Part shown: positions 10,961-20,749 of the stretch, in pieces | Layout of the letters: each line of letters starts with the position of its first letter | Position numbering within the stretch: the first letter of the stretch is position 1 | Origin: Kofleriaceae bacterium | GTDB lineage: Bacteria > Myxococcota_A > Polyangia > Haliangiales > Haliangiaceae | Direction: 5' to 3' | Length of the DNA stretch: 64,000 nucleotides | NCBI GenBank assembly: GCA_046597055.1 | Contig: JBKJLC010000037.1 | Span: 82,150-146,149, forward strand | Position numbers and translations under genes: made by a program | The notes under the pieces: generated by a model | Database searches by the model: none | Seen by the model: only the letters and a program-made list of their open reading frames with translations | What the model was told of the DNA's origin: nothing

Positions 10961-12067
10961 ATGGAACTGCTCTATCTCGGGTTCATCGCGTTCATCCTGG
11001 CGCTGCTCGCGCTCGACCTCGGCGTCTTTCACCGGACCGCGCACGTCGTGCGGGTGAAAGAAGCGCTGGCCTGGTCGGCCGTGTGGATCTCGCTCGGGCT
11101 CGCCTTCGCCGGCTTCATCTACGCCGGCTACGAGCATCGATGGTTCGGGCTCGGCACCGGGACCGACACGATGGTGACGCCGACCGTGGGCGCCGACGGC
11201 GTGGTCGTCTACAACGACGGCGCCTCCGCCACGATCAAGTACCTCACCGGCTACCTCGTCGAGAAATCGCTCGCGGTCGACAACATCTTCGTCATCGCGA
11301 TGATCTTCGGCTTCTTCGGCGTGCCGGCCATGTACCAGCACCGGGTGCTGTTCTGGGGCATCGCGGGCGCGCTGCTCATGCGCGGCGCCATGATCGCGGT
11401 CGGCGCGGCGCTGATCGTGCGCTTCTCCTGGATCGTCTACGTGTTCGGCGGGTTCCTGGTGCTGACCGGCGTGAAGATGCTGCTGCTGCGCGGCGCGGCC
11501 GCGGACCTCGACCAGAACCCGGTCGTGCGCCTGGTGCGGCGCCTGCTTCCGGTGACCGAGCGCTACCACGGCGAGAAGTTCGTGGTCCGGGCCGGCTCCG
11601 CCGCCAGCCGGGCCCCTGCCACCCCAGGTGCGCCGGTCGAGCGCGATCGCGTGGTCGAGGCCGCCCGCACCGGCGCGCTGCTGGTGACGCCGCTGTTCCT
11701 CGCCCTCGTGCTGGTCGAGCTCACCGATGTGATCTTCGCGGTCGACTCGATCCCGGCGATCTTCGCGATCACGACCGACCCGTTCCTGGTCTTCACCAGC
11801 AACGTCTTCGCGATCCTGGGCCTGCGCAGCCTGTACTTCGCGCTGGCCGGCGCGATCGACTCGTTCCGGTACCTCAAGGCCGCGCTCGCGTTCGTCCTGA
11901 TCGTGATCGGCGTCAAGATGCTGACCCACGCGTGGCTCAAGGCGTGGCTCGGCGCGAGCTTCAACTTCTACGTGCTCGGCGTCGTCGGCGGGATCATCGC
12001 GATCGGCGTCGTCGCCTCGCTGGTGGCGCGTCGAAGGATGGTCGGCGCTGGCTCGGTGGTGCCGTGA
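10961..12067 (+). CDS. TerC/Alx family membrane protein
   Basis: LALDLGVFH, GYLVEKSLAVDNIFV, QHRVLFWG, ELTDVIFAVDSIPAI, SNVFAILGLRSLYF; GGAGG RBS. Confidence 0.92.
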   Translation: MELLYLGFIAFILALLALDLGVFHRTAHVVRVKEALAWSAVWISLGLAFAGFIYAGYEHRWFGLGTGTDTMVTPTVGADGVVVYNDGASATIKYLTGYLVEKSLAVDNIFVIAMIFGFFGVPAMYQHRVLFWGIAGALLMRGAMIAVGAALIVRFSWIVYVFGGFLVLTGVKMLLLRGAAADLDQNPVVRLVRRLLPVTERYHGEKFVVRAGSAASRAPATPGAPVERDRVVEAARTGALLVTPLFLALVLVELTDVIFAVDSIPAIFAITTDPFLVFTSNVFAILGLRSLYFALAGAIDSFRYLKAALAFVLIVIGVKMLTHAWLKAWLGASFNFYVLGVVGGIIAIGVVASLVARRRMVGAGSVVP

Positions 12068-12078
12068 CGCCGGCGCCG

Positions 12079-12993
12079 TCAGCGTGGCGCGAGTCGAGCG
12101 AACAGGTCGCCGCGGGCCGCATCGCGGATCGCGAGCACCGCCGGGTGGACCAGGCGGCGCTCGGCGGAGATCGCGTAGAAGCGTTCCTTGACGGCCTCGA
12201 CCCGGCCCACCGGGACCAGGTCGTAGCGGGTCCGCACCACGTCGATCACGACGGTCGGGACGAACACCATCCCCATCCCGTCGGCCGCGAACGCCTTGAG
12301 CAAGGCGCTGTCCTCCGCCTCGGCCAGGATGCGCGGCCTCACCCCGATCGAGGCGAACCATGCGTCGAGGTTGCGGCGCAACGCCGAGCCCTCGAGCGGC
12401 AGGAGCAGCGGTGCCCCCTCGAGCGACGCCGGAAAGTCGCGGCGGAACGTCCGGGCCAGGCCCACCGGGCCGACCAGCGTCACGTCGCAGCCGCCGAGGA
12501 GATGATGGAAGGCCTTGATCGTGGACGCCGGCGGGACCGGGGCATCCGCGATCACCAGGTCGAGCGTGTGCGCCGCCAGCTCGACCAGCAGGCGGTCGAA
12601 GCGGTCCTCGCGACAGACCAGCGCGACGGCGGTCGGCCCTTCGAAGGCGGGCGCCAGGAGCGTGCGCACGAGCAGCTTGGGCACGACGTCCGAGATGCCG
12701 ACCACCAGCCGGCGCGGCCGGTCACCCGGTCGATCCCGCAGCACCTCCTGCAGCTCGCGGCCGAGCCCGAAGATCTCGTCGGCGTAGCGGTAGGTAACCC
12801 GGCCCATCTCGGTCAGCTCGAGGCGTCGGCCACGCTTCTGGAACAGCTCGAGCCCGAGCGCCTCTTCGAGCTTGCCGATCTGCCCGCTCAGGGTGGGGGC
12901 CGACAGGCGCAGGAGCTTGCCGGCCGGGGCCAGCCCACCTTCCCGAGCCACGACCCAGAAGTAGAGTAGATGGTGGTAGTTGAGCCATTCCAT
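12079..12993 (-). CDS. nhaR: LysR family transcriptional regulator, NhaR-like
   Basis: MEWLNYHHLLYFW, LSGQI..LE..LG..LF, YADEIF.LG, AEAEDSALLKAF, FYAISAERRLVHPA. Confidence 0.8.
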   Translation of the reverse strand: MEWLNYHHLLYFWVVAREGGLAPAGKLLRLSAPTLSGQIGKLEEALGLELFQKRGRRLELTEMGRVTYRYADEIFGLGRELQEVLRDRPGDRPRRLVVGISDVVPKLLVRTLLAPAFEGPTAVALVCREDRFDRLLVELAAHTLDLVIADAPVPPASTIKAFHHLLGGCDVTLVGPVGLARTFRRDFPASLEGAPLLLPLEGSALRRNLDAWFASIGVRPRILAEAEDSALLKAFAADGMGMVFVPTVVIDVVRTRYDLVPVGRVEAVKERFYAISAERRLVHPAVLAIRDAARGDLFARLAPR

Positions 12994-13024
12994 GGGTCGG
13001 TCGCGCACCCTAGCGCACCCGGCC

Positions 13025-13894
13025 TCATGGCGAGGTACCGGTCCGGGCCCACACGGCGACGTGATCGCGAATGTAGTCCGCGACGGTTCGCGGCGGGTGG
13101 CCGAGCAGGCGGGCCAGCGTCGGATCGATGCGCCGCTCGTCGGCACGACGGAGTTCGGTATGGAGGACGGTCTGGACCAGGGCCTGCTTCCACGGCAGGT
13201 CGCGCCGCTTGCGGAGGTGGCGCAGGTAGCCGACGATGCTCGCGGGTTGGTACGTGATGGCTCGTCCAAGATGGAGCGTCAGGAGCGCGGCCACCTCGGC
13301 GAAGCTGGCGACGGCCGCCCCCGTCAGCGTGTAGCCGGCGCCGGCGTGCGGCGCCGGGTTGGCGAACACGTCGGCCGCGACGGTCGCGATGTCACGGACA
13401 TCGACCCAGGCAACCCGGCCGCGGCCACACGGGACATGGAGCCGGTCGTCCTCACGGATGTCCCGGCGGTACGCGTCGCCCAGGTTCTGCGCGAAGAAGC
13501 CTGGGCGGAGGAACGTCCACGCCGTGGTCGTGGCGCGCAGGTGGCGCTCGGTCGCGTGGTGGGGCACCAGCGGATTGCGGGCAGCGCCGGCGACGGACAG
13601 GAAGACGATCTGCGTGTGGCCGGCCGCGATGGCCGCGTCGATCAGGGGATGGAGGGTCTCGGCGACGTCCGCGATGGCGGGTGGCCGGAGCAGGAACATC
13701 GCATCGCAGCCCGCGACCGCCGCCGGATAGGTCGTCGGCTTCCGCAAGTCGAGGACGGTCCGGTCAGGCGCGTGGACCTCGATCCCGCGTGTCTCGAGCG
13801 CGCGTGCGACCTGACGACCCACGTTGCCGCTCGCGCCGACGATCAGGACGCGGCGCGCGGGTCGTGAGGTGCGGAGCTCGGCGGTCGGTGGCAT
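13025..13894 (-). CDS. NmrA-family NAD(P)-binding protein
   Basis: GASGNVG Rossmann motif; FLSVAGA; PHHATE; LRPGFFAQN; WVDVRDIA. Confidence 0.85.
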   Translation of the reverse strand: MPPTAELRTSRPARRVLIVGASGNVGRQVARALETRGIEVHAPDRTVLDLRKPTTYPAAVAGCDAMFLLRPPAIADVAETLHPLIDAAIAAGHTQIVFLSVAGAARNPLVPHHATERHLRATTTAWTFLRPGFFAQNLGDAYRRDIREDDRLHVPCGRGRVAWVDVRDIATVAADVFANPAPHAGAGYTLTGAAVASFAEVAALLTLHLGRAITYQPASIVGYLRHLRKRRDLPWKQALVQTVLHTELRRADERRIDPTLARLLGHPPRTVADYIRDHVAVWARTGTSP

Positions 13895-13988
13895 GGGCAG
13901 GATGCAGGGGCAGGGTGTGATGGAGTCGCCTGGACCTGGCGCGGGCGCCGAGATGCTACCTCGGCTCGACCCCTGGCCCGGGCGACGG

Positions 13989-16900
13989 TCATGCCGGGGG
14001 AGACGCGGCGGTGGCCGGCGGCAGCGTGCGGTGGCGCTGCCGGAGGCGCAGCTGGATCGCCCGCGCGGTCACGTAGAGGGTCGGCACGATCAGCAAGGTC
14101 ATCAGCAGCAGCGTCACCAGGCCGCCGATCATCGGTGAGGCGATCCGCTGGGTGACGTCGGCGCCGGCGCCGCTCGACAGCATGATCGGCGCCAGGCCGA
14201 CCAGGTTCATGCCCACGGTCATGAGCATCGGACGCACCCGCAGGACCGCGCCCTCGAGCGCACACGCGACCAGGTCCGGGACCGTGCGGATGGCCCCGGC
14301 GGCGAGCGCGCGCCGGTAGGCTTGCTCGAGATACACGACCATCATGGAGGCCGTCTCGGCGGCGATCCCGATCAGCGCGATCATCCCGACCCACACGGCG
14401 ATGCTGGTGTTGAAGTCGAGGACATAGAGCAGCCAGAAGCTGCCGACCACCGCGAACGGCGCCGAGGTCATGACGAGGAACGACAGCCCGATCGAGCGAA
14501 ACTGGAAGTACAGGAGGCCCATCACGAGCAGCAGCGTGATCGGGATGAGGATCCGCATGCGGCGCTCGACGCGCTCGAGGAGCTCGAACTGACCCGTCCA
14601 CTGCAGCCGGTAACCGGCCGGCAGGGGCAGGTCGGCGACGGCCTGCTTGGCCCGGGCGACGTAGCCGCCGAGGTCGTCGTCGCTGGTATCGATGAACACG
14701 TAGCCGACCAGCGAGCCATTCTCGTCCTTGATCATCGCGGGCCCGGCCCGCACGGTGAACGTGCCGAGCTGCGCCATCGGCACCTGACCTGAAGCGGCGC
14801 CCCGCGCACCTGGCGAACTGGCTGCCATCCCGGTCATGCCGTCGGCCGGCGCGGTCCCGGCCGCGCCGGTGCGGACCGGCACCAGCACGCGCGCGAGCGT
14901 GTCGAGGCTGCCGCGCAGGTCGCGGGCATAGCGCACGTTGACGGTGAACCGCTGGCGACCCTCGACCGTCTGGTCGATCACCATCCCACCGATCGCGGTC
15001 TCGACCATCGCCAGCACGTCCTGGACCCGGAGCCCGTACCGCGCGATCGCGCGCCGGTCGGGGGCGAAGTCCAGGTAGGTGCCCTGGGTCTCGCGGTCGG
15101 CGTAGACGCTGCGGGTGCCCGGCACGTCGCGCAGCCGCCGCTCGATCTCCAGCCCGACCCGCTCGATCTGGGCGAGGTCGTCGCCGAAGACCTTGATGCC
15201 GACCGGGGTCCGGATGCCGGTGGTCAGCATGTCGATGCGTGCCCTGATCGGCATCGTCAGCGCACCCTGGATGCCCGGCAGGTCGAGCGCGGCCACGAGC
15301 TCGCGCTCGAGCCGGGCGCGGGTCATCCCGGCTCGCCAGCGCGCGCGGGGATGGAGCACGATCACCGTCTCGAACATCGACAGGGGCGCCGGATCCGTGG
15401 CGGTGTCGGCGCGCCCGGCCTTGCCCATCACCGAGCGCACCTCGGGAAACTCGGCCAGGACCTGGTCCTGCCGCTGCAACAGGTCCCGGGCCTGCTCGAT
15501 CGAGATGTTGGGGAACGTCACGGGCATGTAGAGGAAGGCGCCCTCGTCGAGCGGCGGCATGAACTCGGCGCCGATCCGTCGCGCCGGCCAGAGCGCCGAG
15601 GCGACCAGGGCGACCGCGACCAGGAGCACCGCGAGCCGGAACCGCAGACAGCACCGGAGGACCGGCCGGTACAGCGCGATCGCCAGCCGGTTGATCGGGT
15701 TGGCCCGCTCGGGTCGGATCCGGCCGCGGATGCACAGCACCATCAGCGCCGGCACGATCGTGACCGACAGGATCGCGGCCGCGGTCATCGCGAACGTCTT
15801 GGTGTACGCGAGCGGGGAGAACAGCCGCCCCTCCTGGGCCTCGAGCGCGAACACCGGCAGGAACGCGACCGCGATGATCAGCAGCGATGCGAAGATCGGG
15901 CGAGCCAGCTCCCGGCAGGCCTCGATGATGAGCTCGGTGCGGCGGGCCGGCGCCGAGCCCTCGAGCCGGCGGTGGGCGTTCTCGATCAGCACCACGGTGG
16001 CGTCGACCATGTCGCCGACCGCGATGATGATCCCGCCGAGCGACATGATGTTGAGGCTGACGCCGGCGGCCCGGGTCGCGATGAACGCCGCCAGCACCGC
16101 GAGCGGCAGCGTCACGATCGCGACCAGCGCGCTGCGCACGTGGAGCAAGAACAGGCCGATGAACAGCAGGACGACGATCAGCTCCTCGGTGAGCGCGACC
16201 CCCAACGTGTCGATCGAGGCCCGGATCAGCTCCGAGCGGTCATAGGCGATCTCGACCTCGATCCCGGCCGGCATCGACGGCGCGATCTCGCGCAGGCGCT
16301 GCTTGACCCGGTCGGTCACCTCGAGCGCGTTCTCGCCGCTGCGCATCACGACGATGCCGCCGACCGCCTCGCCCTGGCCGTTCCATTCGAGCAGCCCGCG
16401 CCGGATCTCGGGCCCGATCTCGACCCGGGCGACGTTGCCGATCCGGACCGGCGTCCCGTCGTCGCCGACCTTGACCACCGCCTCTTCGAGATCCTCCTTG
16501 CGCTTCACGTAGCCGAGCCCGCGGAAGACGTACTCACGGCCGGCCCACTCGAGGACCCGGCCCCCGACGTCACCGTTGCTGGCGCGGGCGGCGTCGATCA
16601 CGTCGGCGACCGCCACGCCGAACGAGGCGAGGCGAGCCGGGTCGACCACGATCTGGTACTGCTTCTCGAAGCCGCCGACCGACGCGACCTCGGCGACCCC
16701 GGGCACGCTGGCCAGCGCGTAGCGCAGGTTGAAGTCCTGGAACGCCCGCAGCTCCTGCAGGTCGTGTTGCCCGGTCCGGTCGACCAGCACGTACTGGAAG
16801 ATCCAGCCCGACCCGGTCGCGTCGGGGCCCAGGGTCGGGACCACGCCGGGCGGCAGCTTGCCGGCCGCGTTGGCGAGGTACTCGAGCGTGCGCGAGCGCG

Positions 16901-17216
16901 CCCAGTACGGATCGGTGCCGTCCTCGAAGATCACGTAGACGAAGCTCATGCCGAACATGGAGGCGCCGCGGACGGACTTCACGCGGGGCGCCGAGATGAA
17001 GCTGGTCACCAGCGGGTAGGTGATCTGATCCTCGACCAGCTGCGGGCTGCGACCCATCCACTCGGTCCACACGATGACCTGGGTGTCGGTCAGGTCGGGG
17101 ATCGCGTCGATCGGGCTCCGGCCGACGCTGTAGACGCCGACCGCGGCGATCACCACGGCTGCCGCGAGCATCAGGCCGACCCGGCGCGCGCACCACTCGA
17201 CCAGGCGCTCGAACAT
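13989..17216 (-). CDS. cusA: CusA/CzcA heavy-metal RND efflux transporter
   Basis: DAIPDLTDTQVIV, VEDQITYPL, LGPDATGSGW, NIMSLGG, FMPPLDEG, PIRARIDMLTTGIRTPVG, RVRPMLMT. Confidence 0.92.
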   Translation of the reverse strand: MFERLVEWCARRVGLMLAAAVVIAAVGVYSVGRSPIDAIPDLTDTQVIVWTEWMGRSPQLVEDQITYPLVTSFISAPRVKSVRGASMFGMSFVYVIFEDGTDPYWARSRTLEYLANAAGKLPPGVVPTLGPDATGSGWIFQYVLVDRTGQHDLQELRAFQDFNLRYALASVPGVAEVASVGGFEKQYQIVVDPARLASFGVAVADVIDAARASNGDVGGRVLEWAGREYVFRGLGYVKRKEDLEEAVVKVGDDGTPVRIGNVARVEIGPEIRRGLLEWNGQGEAVGGIVVMRSGENALEVTDRVKQRLREIAPSMPAGIEVEIAYDRSELIRASIDTLGVALTEELIVVLLFIGLFLLHVRSALVAIVTLPLAVLAAFIATRAAGVSLNIMSLGGIIIAVGDMVDATVVLIENAHRRLEGSAPARRTELIIEACRELARPIFASLLIIAVAFLPVFALEAQEGRLFSPLAYTKTFAMTAAAILSVTIVPALMVLCIRGRIRPERANPINRLAIALYRPVLRCCLRFRLAVLLVAVALVASALWPARRIGAEFMPPLDEGAFLYMPVTFPNISIEQARDLLQRQDQVLAEFPEVRSVMGKAGRADTATDPAPLSMFETVIVLHPRARWRAGMTRARLERELVAALDLPGIQGALTMPIRARIDMLTTGIRTPVGIKVFGDDLAQIERVGLEIERRLRDVPGTRSVYADRETQGTYLDFAPDRRAIARYGLRVQDVLAMVETAIGGMVIDQTVEGRQRFTVNVRYARDLRGSLDTLARVLVPVRTGAAGTAPADGMTGMAASSPGARGAASGQVPMAQLGTFTVRAGPAMIKDENGSLVGYVFIDTSDDDLGGYVARAKQAVADLPLPAGYRLQWTGQFELLERVERRMRILIPITLLLVMGLLYFQFRSIGLSFLVMTSAPFAVVGSFWLLYVLDFNTSIAVWVGMIALIGIAAETASMMVVYLEQAYRRALAAGAIRTVPDLVACALEGAVLRVRPMLMTVGMNLVGLAPIMLSSGAGADVTQRIASPMIGGLVTLLLMTLLIVPTLYVTARAIQLRLRQRHRTLPPATAASPPA

Positions 17217-18358
17217 CAGTGGCCCCCATGGCCGGGTGCCGCGCCGGTCGCGCGCAGGCGGCTCTCGCTGTCGACCAGGAACTGGGCGCTGACCACGACC
17301 CGATCGCCCTCGGCGACCCCGCGCCGGACCTCGGCGCGGCCGCTGACCCGGCGGCCGACCTCGATCTCGACCGGGCGGAAGCGCCCGGGCTCGACCTCGA
17401 CATACACGAGCTGGCGGAGGCCGGTGTCGATCACGGCCTCCTCGGGCACCGTCAGGACCTCGCCGCCGGTCACGGGCAGCTCGACCGTCGCGAAGTTGCC
17501 CGGGCGCAGGTCGCCCGTGGGGTTGGCGACCACCATGCGCACCTTCACCGTGCGGCTGGCCGGGTCGACCGTCGGATAGACGTAGTCGAGCGGCGCGGTG
17601 AGCGGCTCGGCCCGGCCTTCGAGCCGGATGGTCGCGATGCCGGTCCGGTCGATGCGGCCGAGCTCGTACTCGTAGACCTCGGCGATCACCCAGAGCCGCG
17701 ACAGATCGGCGATCCGGTACAGCATCATGTCGGGCTCGAGGTAGTGGCCCTGGACGATGCGCTTCTCGATCACGGTGCCGGTGATCGGCGAGCGCACCGT
17801 CACCTTCTCGAGCGGCGCGCCCCGAGCCTCGAGCGCACGGATCTGATCGTCGGGAATCTCCCACCGGCGGAGCCGCTCGCGCGCGGCCGCGGCCAGCTCG
17901 GGGCTGAAGGTCCGCGCCCGCAGGTACTCCTGCTGCGCCACCAGCAGGTCCTGGGAATAGATGGTGTAGAGAGGCTGGCCGCGCTTGACCCGCTGGCCGA
18001 CGGCGTTGACGAACAGATCGCGGACGTAGCCCATGATCCGCGAGTGCACGTGGGCTTCGCGTTGCTCGTCGGTCTGGACGGTGGCGGTGGCGCGCACCAC
18101 GCCCGCGAGCGTGCCCCGGGTTGCCGGTGCGACCTCGAGACCCATCCGCTGCTGGCGGTCGGTGGGAATCTCGACCTCGGCGTGGCCGGCGGGCACGCCG
18201 CCGTGACCGCCGTGGTCGGCCGGTGCCGGTGCCGGTGCCGGTGCCGGTTGGGCGGGGCGGGGCTGGTGGCCGGTATGGTCGGTCGGCGCCGGATCCTTGC
18301 CGCAGGCCAGCACCAGCACGGCCGCGATCGCCACCGCGGATCGGGCTCCGCGCTTCAT
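17216..18358 (-). CDS. cusB: CusB-type RND periplasmic adaptor subunit
   Basis: Signal with LAC; GQPLYTIYSQDLLVAQQEY, IADLSRLWV, YPTVDPASRT, QFLVDSESRL, His-rich end; stop overlaps cusA ATG. Confidence 0.88.
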   Translation of the reverse strand: MKRGARSAVAIAAVLVLACGKDPAPTDHTGHQPRPAQPAPAPAPAPADHGGHGGVPAGHAEVEIPTDRQQRMGLEVAPATRGTLAGVVRATATVQTDEQREAHVHSRIMGYVRDLFVNAVGQRVKRGQPLYTIYSQDLLVAQQEYLRARTFSPELAAAARERLRRWEIPDDQIRALEARGAPLEKVTVRSPITGTVIEKRIVQGHYLEPDMMLYRIADLSRLWVIAEVYEYELGRIDRTGIATIRLEGRAEPLTAPLDYVYPTVDPASRTVKVRMVVANPTGDLRPGNFATVELPVTGGEVLTVPEEAVIDTGLRQLVYVEVEPGRFRPVEIEVGRRVSGRAEVRRGVAEGDRVVVSAQFLVDSESRLRATGAAPGHGGH

Positions 18359-19569
18359 CGCACGACCGCCAGACCGGCGATGCGGTCGATCTCGAACCGG
18401 GTCACGCCGCGGGTGGCGATGGCCTGGATCCGGCGGGCCTCGAGCTCCTGGAGCGCCATCGTCGCGTCGAGCAGGGCGAGGAAGTCGCCGCGCCCGGCGA
18501 TGTAGGCGGCCTCGATCGACGCGATCGTCTCGCGCAGCCGGGGAATCGCGACGTCCTCGAGCGACGCCACCGTCCGCTCGGCGGCCCGGCTCCGGCTCCA
18601 CGCCATCCGGGCCTCGGCGCTGGCCATGGCGCGCATCGCGTCCTGCGCGCGGGCGGCCGCTCGGTCCATCGCCTTGGCCATCGCCACCTCGCTGCGTGGG
18701 CGGTCCCACCAGAGCGGGATCCGGATCGCGATCCCGCCGCCGATGCCGTCCGGCATGCCGCCGGTGTGCTGCTCGTACGCGAGCTCGACCATCACCATGG
18801 GCAAGTACATCTTGCGTGCCACCCGCAGCGACGCGGAGGCCTGCGCCCGCATCGCCTGGGCGGCCTCCACCTCGGGCGCACCCGCCGCGGCGGCCGCCGT
18901 GGTCTCCAGCGATGGCAGCGGTGGCAGGGTCGGTAGCTCGGGCGGTCCGAGCGCGGCCTCGGGCTCGCGCCCGCGCAGCGTGTTCAGCATCGTGACGATC
19001 GCGGCCCGTTCGTCGTCGAGCGAGGCACGCTCGGCCTCCATCGCCGCGATCTGCGACTCGGCGCGCAGGACGTCGTGGTGTCCCATGTCCATCCCGGCGC
19101 GGACCCGCGCCAGCGCCGACTCCTTCATCCGGGCCAGCAGGCCCAGCTGCGCCGCGAGGACGCGCCGCATCTCGCCGTTCATCCACAGCTCGTAGAAGAG
19201 CGCCACCGCGCGCGCCCGCGCATCCCACGCGGTCCGCCGCAGCGCGGCTCGATCGCGATCGACCGCCGTCCGCGCGAGGGCTCGGGCGGTGCCGCGACGG
19301 CCGAACAGGTTCAGCGGCTGACCGATCCGGTAGGCGATCATCGCGGGCTCGTCGTGCGCGCGGCCGGGCAACGCAAAGCCTTCGCCCATCACGGACAGCT
19401 CGGCATCGTCCCAGGCGCCCGCCACCCCGACCGCGGCCCGGCTGACGTCGATCGTGGCTTCCGCGACCGCGACCGCCGGGGCCCGCTGGCCGACCTCTGC
19501 GAGGAGCTCGGGGAGCCGGAGCGGGCCCGGCGCCAGCAGGGCAACCAGGACGCTGCAGGTGAGGAGCAT
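18355..19569 (-). CDS. TolC-family outer membrane efflux protein
   Basis: Signal peptide, two helical OEP-like repeats, IRIPLW, YIAGRGDFLALLDA; overlaps cusB start. Confidence 0.85.
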   Translation of the reverse strand: MLLTCSVLVALLAPGPLRLPELLAEVGQRAPAVAVAEATIDVSRAAVGVAGAWDDAELSVMGEGFALPGRAHDEPAMIAYRIGQPLNLFGRRGTARALARTAVDRDRAALRRTAWDARARAVALFYELWMNGEMRRVLAAQLGLLARMKESALARVRAGMDMGHHDVLRAESQIAAMEAERASLDDERAAIVTMLNTLRGREPEAALGPPELPTLPPLPSLETTAAAAAGAPEVEAAQAMRAQASASLRVARKMYLPMVMVELAYEQHTGGMPDGIGGGIAIRIPLWWDRPRSEVAMAKAMDRAAARAQDAMRAMASAEARMAWSRSRAAERTVASLEDVAIPRLRETIASIEAAYIAGRGDFLALLDATMALQELEARRIQAIATRGVTRFEIDRIAGLAVVR

Positions 19570-19581
19570 GGTGACCAGGGC

Positions 19582-19597
19582 AGCAACCGACGTGCCG
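19582..19597 (-). promoter_or_regulatory. Sigma-54 promoter of the cusCBA-like operon
   Basis: CGGCACGTCGGTTGCT, close to consensus TGGCACG-N4-TTGC; ATG 14 nt after the -12 C. Confidence 0.8.
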
Positions 19598-19625
19598 CTG
19601 GCCGCGCACCCAGCAGGCGCGGACC

Positions 19626-19670
19626 GCGCATCGCCTGCGCTGCGCCCTTGCCGCCGCGCAACCTCTGCGT
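19626..19670. promoter_or_regulatory. Paired enhancer-like palindromes CGCA-N5-TGCG
   Basis: GCGCATCGCCTGCGC (19626-19640) and GCGCAACCTCTGCGT (19656-19670), 30 bp apart. Confidence 0.7.
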
Positions 19671-19744
19671 GCATGGCCGCGCCCGGCGCCCGACCGAGCG
19701 TTGCCCGGCTCGCGGTGCCCCCTGGACGTCCACGAAGGTGGGCT

Positions 19745-20749
19745 TCATCGTGGCTCGGGACGACGCACGATCCGTGCGCGCGCCGTGGCCGGCGTCGTGG
19801 CCGGCGCGCGCGCCGGGCCGGGCACCGGCCACTGGATGGGGTGGGTGGGCCGGTAGCCCAGCTCGGCGCGCGCCCGGGTGTCATCGACGATGCCGCCGAG
19901 ATGGAAGCGGCGGACGTTGAGGTCGTAGCGGAAGTCGAGCCCGACCGTCCGCGTGCGCAACCGGTACAGCGGGGCCAGCAAGGGGCCGGGCAGGGGCACG
20001 TCGTGCCGTCCCCAGCGCGCGATCAGGCGCGTGAGGGGCAGGGTATCGAGGCCGGCAACGTTGAAGACTCCCTGGGCTGGGCTGGCCAGCGCCAGCGCGA
20101 CCGCGTCGACGGCATCGGCGAGCGACAGCACGTTGATCATCGGATCGAAGCCGAGCGGGCGCAGGCACACCCGTGACTGCAGGTAGTCCCACAGCTGGCT
20201 GCCGGTGTCCTCGGCGAGGATCTCGGCACAGCGGAGCACGACCACGCCAAAACCGGTCAGGCCCATGCGGGCGCACACCGTCAGATCGGCCTCGACCCGG
20301 TCGCGGACCCACTGCGGCGTGCGGGGGTCGAGCTCGAGCGGGCCGTCCTCCTCGAGCAGGTTGGGCTCGCTGGTGCGCAGGGCGTAGACGGCGGCGGTGC
20401 TCGGGAAGACGAACCGGCGGAGCGTCGGCAGGCCGCCGCACGCGTGCAGCAGCGCGCGGGTGACGTCGACGTTGCGCCGGTGGACCTGTGGGCCCTCGTG
20501 GCGCGCGCTCCGGTGCAGCGCGGTATGCACGATCGCGTCGATGCCGGCGGCCCGGGCGGGACCGTGGATCAACGCGTGGACCGCGCGGGGCCGGGTCAGA
20601 TCGGTCCGCTGGTAGCTCAGGCGGGGCGTGGCCTCGACGCCGGGCTCGACGCCGACCTCGAGCACGTGCTCGATCGCCGGATCGGCGAGCAAGCGTTGGA
20701 TGACCGCGGCGCCGAACGGCGCGGTGGCACCGGTGACCATGACCCTCAT
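19745..20749 (-). CDS. NAD-dependent epimerase/dehydratase family protein
   Basis: MRVMVTGATAPFG, STAAVY, LGFDPMINV, GVFNVAG; ATGA overlap with the upstream acyltransferase. Confidence 0.85.
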   Translation of the reverse strand: MRVMVTGATAPFGAAVIQRLLADPAIEHVLEVGVEPGVEATPRLSYQRTDLTRPRAVHALIHGPARAAGIDAIVHTALHRSARHEGPQVHRRNVDVTRALLHACGGLPTLRRFVFPSTAAVYALRTSEPNLLEEDGPLELDPRTPQWVRDRVEADLTVCARMGLTGFGVVVLRCAEILAEDTGSQLWDYLQSRVCLRPLGFDPMINVLSLADAVDAVALALASPAQGVFNVAGLDTLPLTRLIARWGRHDVPLPGPLLAPLYRLRTRTVGLDFRYDLNVRRFHLGGIVDDTRARAELGYRPTHPIQWPVPGPARAPATTPATARARIVRRPEPR

